Of a stretch of DNA of 48,371 nucleotides, positions 44,515 through 48,371 are shown in pieces. Location: the NCBI GenBank assembly GCA_043819135.1, contig JBDRFG010000074.1:1-48371 (forward strand), given 5' to 3'. Below the pieces are notes generated by a model. It saw only the letters and a program-made list of their open reading frames with translations. It was not told the DNA's origin and did not search any database. This DNA comes from Candidatus Eiseniibacteriota bacterium. Lineage in GTDB: Bacteria; Joyebacterota; Joyebacteria; Joyebacterales; Joyebacteraceae. Positions within the stretch are counted from its first letter, which is position 1, and each line of letters opens with the position of its first letter. Both the position numbers and the translations under genes were made by a program.

Positions 44515-45753
44515 GTGAAGATTCCGATTGTTGTAGTTGCCGTGGCCCTGCTGCTGGCCGGCGTCGTCCCGACGATGGCCGCGACCGACATCGGGGACAC
44601 GCCGATAACGTTGCACGCCACCGGCACGCCGCTCATGGACATTCTGAGCGTGTTGTCGGAGAAGAGCGGGCTCAACATCGTGGCGAGCACCGACGTCGAG
44701 ACGAGGGAGATCTCGATCCACCTGACCAACACGCCTGCCGAGGAGGCTCTGAACCTCATCGTGCGTGCGGCAGGGCTCGGCTACGAGCGGATCGGCGACT
44801 CGGTACTCGTCGCTCCGCAGGCGCAGCTGACGCAGGACACGGGTTTCTCGTCCTACGTCATCGAAGTCCAGTATGCGGATGCTTTCGAGCTCGTTCCGCT
44901 CATTGAGAAGGTTGCCGACAAGGTCGCCGCGGACCCCGGCGGCAATCGGCTGGTCGTCGTGGCGACTCCCGGGATGATCGGCCAGATCCGGGACATCATC
45001 AAGGACCTGGACGTGCCTCCGGTGCAGATAATGCTCGAGACCGAGGTCATCGAGATTGCGACGGACAGAATGGTCGAGCTTGGCATCGACTGGAGCAAGA
45101 TCATGCGCCAGTCCGTCATCTTCGCCGAGCCCGGCCTCGGGGGCGCTCCCCCAGAGGACTCGCAGACCGACGAGATGCCGGACAACATGCCCTTCGTGGG
45201 GCGCGGTATGGACCTGGACAACGTCTACCGCCAGGCCAAGGCCCTAGAGGTCGCGCTGGACATACTCGAGCAGAACGGCGGCGCGAAGGTCCTGAGCAAT
45301 TCCAAGCTCGCGACCCTCAACAACCGGACGGCCAAGATCCACATCGGCGACGTCATTCCGTACACTGTCTCAAACCTGACGAGCGGCGGCGCCCTGCAGC
45401 TCCAGGTGGAGAAGGAGCGCGTTGGCGTCAAGGTCGAGGTGACGCCGCGGGCGGCCGGCGACGGCCACATCACGGTCATGGTTGAGCCGAGCGTCAGCAC
45501 GATCGTCGCGTTCAGGGGCCCGAACGACGAGATCCCCTGGACGAAAGAGCGGATGGCGAAGACGCAGGTTCGCGTTATGGACGGGCAGACGTTCATGATC
45601 GCAGGTCTCCTCAGTGAGGACGAGACCGAGACGATCACGAAGGTGCCGTTCCTTGGCGATCTTCCTGTCATCGGCTATCTCTTCAGGCATACTGCCACGC
45701 AGCTCAAAAAGTCCGACCTTCTTATCAAGATCACGCCGCGCATCATTCCGTAG
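44515..45753 (+). CDS. pilQ: Secretin (PilQ/GspD family), compact
   Basis: Signal peptide, N domains, LDVPPVQIMLE, LGIDW, G.K.EVTP, V.DGQT..IAGL, KVPFLGDLPVIGYLF, ITPRII. Confidence 0.9.
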   Translation: MKIPIVVVAVALLLAGVVPTMAATDIGDTPITLHATGTPLMDILSVLSEKSGLNIVASTDVETREISIHLTNTPAEEALNLIVRAAGLGYERIGDSVLVAPQAQLTQDTGFSSYVIEVQYADAFELVPLIEKVADKVAADPGGNRLVVVATPGMIGQIRDIIKDLDVPPVQIMLETEVIEIATDRMVELGIDWSKIMRQSVIFAEPGLGGAPPEDSQTDEMPDNMPFVGRGMDLDNVYRQAKALEVALDILEQNGGAKVLSNSKLATLNNRTAKIHIGDVIPYTVSNLTSGGALQLQVEKERVGVKVEVTPRAAGDGHITVMVEPSVSTIVAFRGPNDEIPWTKERMAKTQVRVMDGQTFMIAGLLSEDETETITKVPFLGDLPVIGYLFRHTATQLKKSDLLIKITPRIIP

Positions 45754-45798
45754 CCGCGTGCGGTGTTTGGCCGGCGTTGCCGGCACTGGCAGATCGAC

Positions 45799-45830
45799 AG
45801 GGGGCTCGCTGTGCGGGCCCCCTTCTTCGT
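45799..45830 (+). terminator. Rho-independent terminator closing the pilus operon
   Basis: AGGGGGCTCGC-TGT-GCGGGCCCCCT followed by TCTTCGT. Confidence 0.6.
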
Positions 45831-46006
45831 GCGCCCGTGCCAGGGGGCGCGCGCTGCAGAGCGCCCCACGCAAGAGTGGTGCGCGCGCTGCCGGGCGACC
45901 GCGCCCTGGGGGCCCAGCGGCGTCCCACTACCGGCTGGCGCGCCATTCGCCTTTCAGCTATGATGTTAGTTCGATTGATTCCACGACCCAGATACGGGAG
46001 TCGGAC

Positions 46007-46927
46007 ATGGAGGGGTACGACGTCATCGTGATAGGAGCCGGTCCCGCCGGCCTCACGGCCGGCATCTACGCCGGCCGGGCGAGGCTCAAGACCCTGGTTC
46101 TCGAGGGCCTGATGCCGGGCGGCCAGGTCGTCGTGACCTCGCACATAGAGAACTACCCCGGAATAGGCCCGACCACCGGCACCGAGCTGATCGCCGCAAT
46201 GACGGAGCAGATGTCGAGCTTCGGGGCCGAGCTGAAGACCGCGGAAGCGTCGTCCATCGAGGTGAAGGGTGACGGGTTCGTCGTCACGGCGGGCTCCGGC
46301 ACGTTCGAGACCCGCACGGTGATCGCGGCGAGCGGGACCGCGTACAAGAAGCTGGGCGTGCCGGGCGAGGCGGAGTTCCTCGGGCGCGGTGTGTCCTACT
46401 GCGCAACGTGCGACGGACCGCTCTACAAGGATCTGGAGATCGCCGTGGTGGGCGGCGGCGACAGCGCGCTGCAGGAGGCTCTCTATCTCACGACCTTCGC
46501 GAGGAAGGTCTATCTGATACACCGGCGAGACGAGTTCAGGGCCGTGCCCATTCTCCAGGAACGGGTTCGGGACAACGACAAGATAGAGTGCTTCTGCAGT
46601 TGTGTGGTGGAGCGCATCACGGGCGCGAACGGCGTCGACGCCATCGAGATCAAGAACGTCAAGACGGGAGAGCAGGCGACGCATCCTGTTGCGGGTGTCT
46701 TTCTCTTCGTCGGGCTCGTGCCCAGGACGGAGTTCCTGGGTGGCGTCGTCGACGCGGCGCCGGACGGGTTCATACTGACGAACGACGACATGAAGACGAA
46801 CGTGAGGGGGATTCTGGCGGCGGGCGATTGCCGCGCGAAGCTACTGAGACAGATCGCCACAGCCGTGGGTGACGGCGCGACGGCGGCCTTCGCCGCGCAA
46901 CGCCTCGTCGAGGATGACGAGTGGTAG
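46007..46927 (+). CDS. trxB: Thioredoxin-disulfide reductase
   Basis: IGAGPAGLTAGIY, GGQ, IENYPG, GRGVSYCATCDG, VGGGDSA, HRRD, AAGD, QIATAVGDG. Confidence 0.96.
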   Translation: MEGYDVIVIGAGPAGLTAGIYAGRARLKTLVLEGLMPGGQVVVTSHIENYPGIGPTTGTELIAAMTEQMSSFGAELKTAEASSIEVKGDGFVVTAGSGTFETRTVIAASGTAYKKLGVPGEAEFLGRGVSYCATCDGPLYKDLEIAVVGGGDSALQEALYLTTFARKVYLIHRRDEFRAVPILQERVRDNDKIECFCSCVVERITGANGVDAIEIKNVKTGEQATHPVAGVFLFVGLVPRTEFLGGVVDAAPDGFILTNDDMKTNVRGILAAGDCRAKLLRQIATAVGDGATAAFAAQRLVEDDEW

Positions 46928-46971
46928 GACCTTGCTCAAGTCCTGCACGACCGCAATGTAGGAGGTGTTCT

Positions 46972-48371
46972 GTGAAGGAGTTGCTCAAGGAAGCGCTGAA
47001 CGCGCTTCGGAAGAAGGGCGTCAATTACGCCGACGCCAGGCGGGTCCGCACGGCGACGGAGCTCCTCGTCATGAAGAACGGCGCGATGGAGACCGGTTCC
47101 GTCACCGAGTCCGAGGGGTTCGGCATACGCGTGCTGGACGGAGGAGCCTGGGGTTTCTCCTCGAGTTCGGACACAACGCCTTCGGCCGTCGTTGAGGTCG
47201 CCGAGCAGGCGCTGGCCATCGCCAGGGCGAGCGGGCGCGTCGGCGATTCCAAGGTGGTTCTCGATGGCCAGGAGGCCGTTGTCGACGTCTACAGGAACGA
47301 GGTCGCGGAGAACCCGTTCGACGTCCCGCTCTCTGAGAAGCTGAATATCCTCGCGAGGTCTTGCGAGGGGATGTCGAAGGCGCCCGAGGTCAAGTTCGCG
47401 ACCGCCTCGATGATGAGCTTCCGGAACGACAAGCTCTTCGTCAATACCGAGGGCAGCGATATCGAGCAGACCATCATAGAAACCGGCGGCGGTATCGCCG
47501 CGACGGCGATGGAAGGCGGCGAGAGGCAGACGCGCTCGTATCCGGCGAGTTTCCGCGGGGACTACGCCACGTCGGGGTTCGAGTTCACGCGTTCACTCGA
47601 CCTTTCGGGGCACGCCGAGAAGACGGGGCGCGAGGCCGTGGAGCTTCTCCGCGCCGACGAGTGCCCCTCGAGGAAAACTACTCTGATCATCGGTGGGACC
47701 CAGCTTGCGCTGCAGGTGCACGAGTCGTGTGGACATCCGATCGAACTCGACCGTGTGTTCGGGACCGAGGCGTCGTACGCCGGGACGAGCTTTCTTGGCG
47801 TCGACAAGCTCGGCGAGTTCCGCTACGGGTCCGACATCGTCAACATAGTCGCCGACGCGACCGCGCCCGGAGGACTGGGCTCGTTCGGTTACGACGACGA
47901 GGGTGTGCCGGCGAGCCGGACCGACATCGTGCGGGGAGGCGTGTTCTCGGGGTATCTCATGAGCCGCGAGACCGCGCCGAGGATCGGCCTTCGCAGCAAC
48001 GGAACGATGCGCGCGGACGGCTGGAACCGCATCCCCCTGGTGCGGATGACCAACATCAACCTGCTGCCCGGTCGTGGGACGCTCGAGGACATCATCGCGG
48101 ACACGGAGGACGGCATCTTCGTCGACTCCAACAAAAGCTGGAGCATCGACCAGCAGCGCCTGAACTTCCAGTTCGGCTGCGAGATCGCGCGGGAGATCAA
48201 GAAGGGCCGCATCGGCCGCATGCTGAAGAACCCTGTCTACACCGGCATCACGCCGGAGTTCTGGGGCTCGTGTGACGCGATAGCGGGCAAGGACGAGTGG
48301 CACATCTGGGGCATCCCGAGCTGCGGCAAGGGCGAGCCGGGCCAGACGGCGCACGTCGGGCACGGGACGTC
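46972..48371 (+). CDS. tldD: TldD metalloprotease (TldD/PmbA family); runs off the right edge
   Basis: Not in the ORF track. GTG after AGGAGGT gives MKELLKEALNALRKKGVNYADAR..GFGIRVL.GGAWGF..QVHESCGHPIELDR (HExxGH)..GYDDEG..RMTN..CGKGEPGQ..VGHG. Confidence 0.92.
   Translation, partial: MKELLKEALNALRKKGVNYADARRVRTATELLVMKNGAMETGSVTESEGFGIRVLDGGAWGFSSSSDTTPSAVVEVAEQALAIARASGRVGDSKVVLDGQEAVVDVYRNEVAENPFDVPLSEKLNILARSCEGMSKAPEVKFATASMMSFRNDKLFVNTEGSDIEQTIIETGGGIAATAMEGGERQTRSYPASFRGDYATSGFEFTRSLDLSGHAEKTGREAVELLRADECPSRKTTLIIGGTQLALQVHESCGHPIELDRVFGTEASYAGTSFLGVDKLGEFRYGSDIVNIVADATAPGGLGSFGYDDEGVPASRTDIVRGGVFSGYLMSRETAPRIGLRSNGTMRADGWNRIPLVRMTNINLLPGRGTLEDIIADTEDGIFVDSNKSWSIDQQRLNFQFGCEIAREIKKGRIGRMLKNPVYTGITPEFWGSCDAIAGKDEWHIWGIPSCGKGEPGQTAHVGHGT

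Noticed and set aside
45831..45945. GC-rich self-complementary stretch before trxB and a weak GG-N10-GC match
   Set aside because: Pairings are short, alternative and expected at this GC content; the sigma54 match is poor.
1..48371. tRNA, rRNA, CRISPR array, integrase, transposase, prophage or defence genes
   Set aside because: No cloverleaf or T-loop signature, no regularly spaced direct repeats, and no such protein motifs were recognised by eye; tRNAscan and cmscan would be needed to exclude them fully.

Overview
This is a GC-rich, gene-dense bacterial chromosome segment of about 45 CDS. A FlgD-Ig/T9SS-like C-terminal domain and the overall gene content suggest an FCB-related or candidate-phylum diderm (inference only). 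Left accessory part (1-13.4 kb): a truncated secreted jelly-roll protein; an EamA transporter; a five-gene operon of two AlkP-superfamily (COG3379-like) paralogs, a small ribbon-helix-helix protein ending in an LGY motif, a 3-TM EMC3/TMCO1(Oxa1)-like protein and a PHP hydrolase; a UbiA-prenyltransferase-TPR fusion; and a CTD-bearing protein paired with a fibre-like secreted protein. Middle housekeeping part (13.5-32.7 kb): dapL-folB-folK-dNK-panB-panC-HIT-LytR_C, ppiD, EF-G2, yebC-ruvCAB-queH-queA-tgt-apgM-lnt. Right part (32.9-45.8 kb): a type IV pilus locus with two sigma54-type promoters, three tandem large PilX-like paralogs, pilB (with MshEN domain), pilC, an aromatic-rich Cys-free pilA, two minor pilins and pilMNOPQ. 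It is followed by trxB and a truncated tldD. No tRNA, rRNA, CRISPR array, integrase or transposase was recognised. The best candidates for undescribed systems are the AlkP/LGY/Oxa1-like operon and the triple-PilX pilus. All family calls come from manual motif reading, not database searches.
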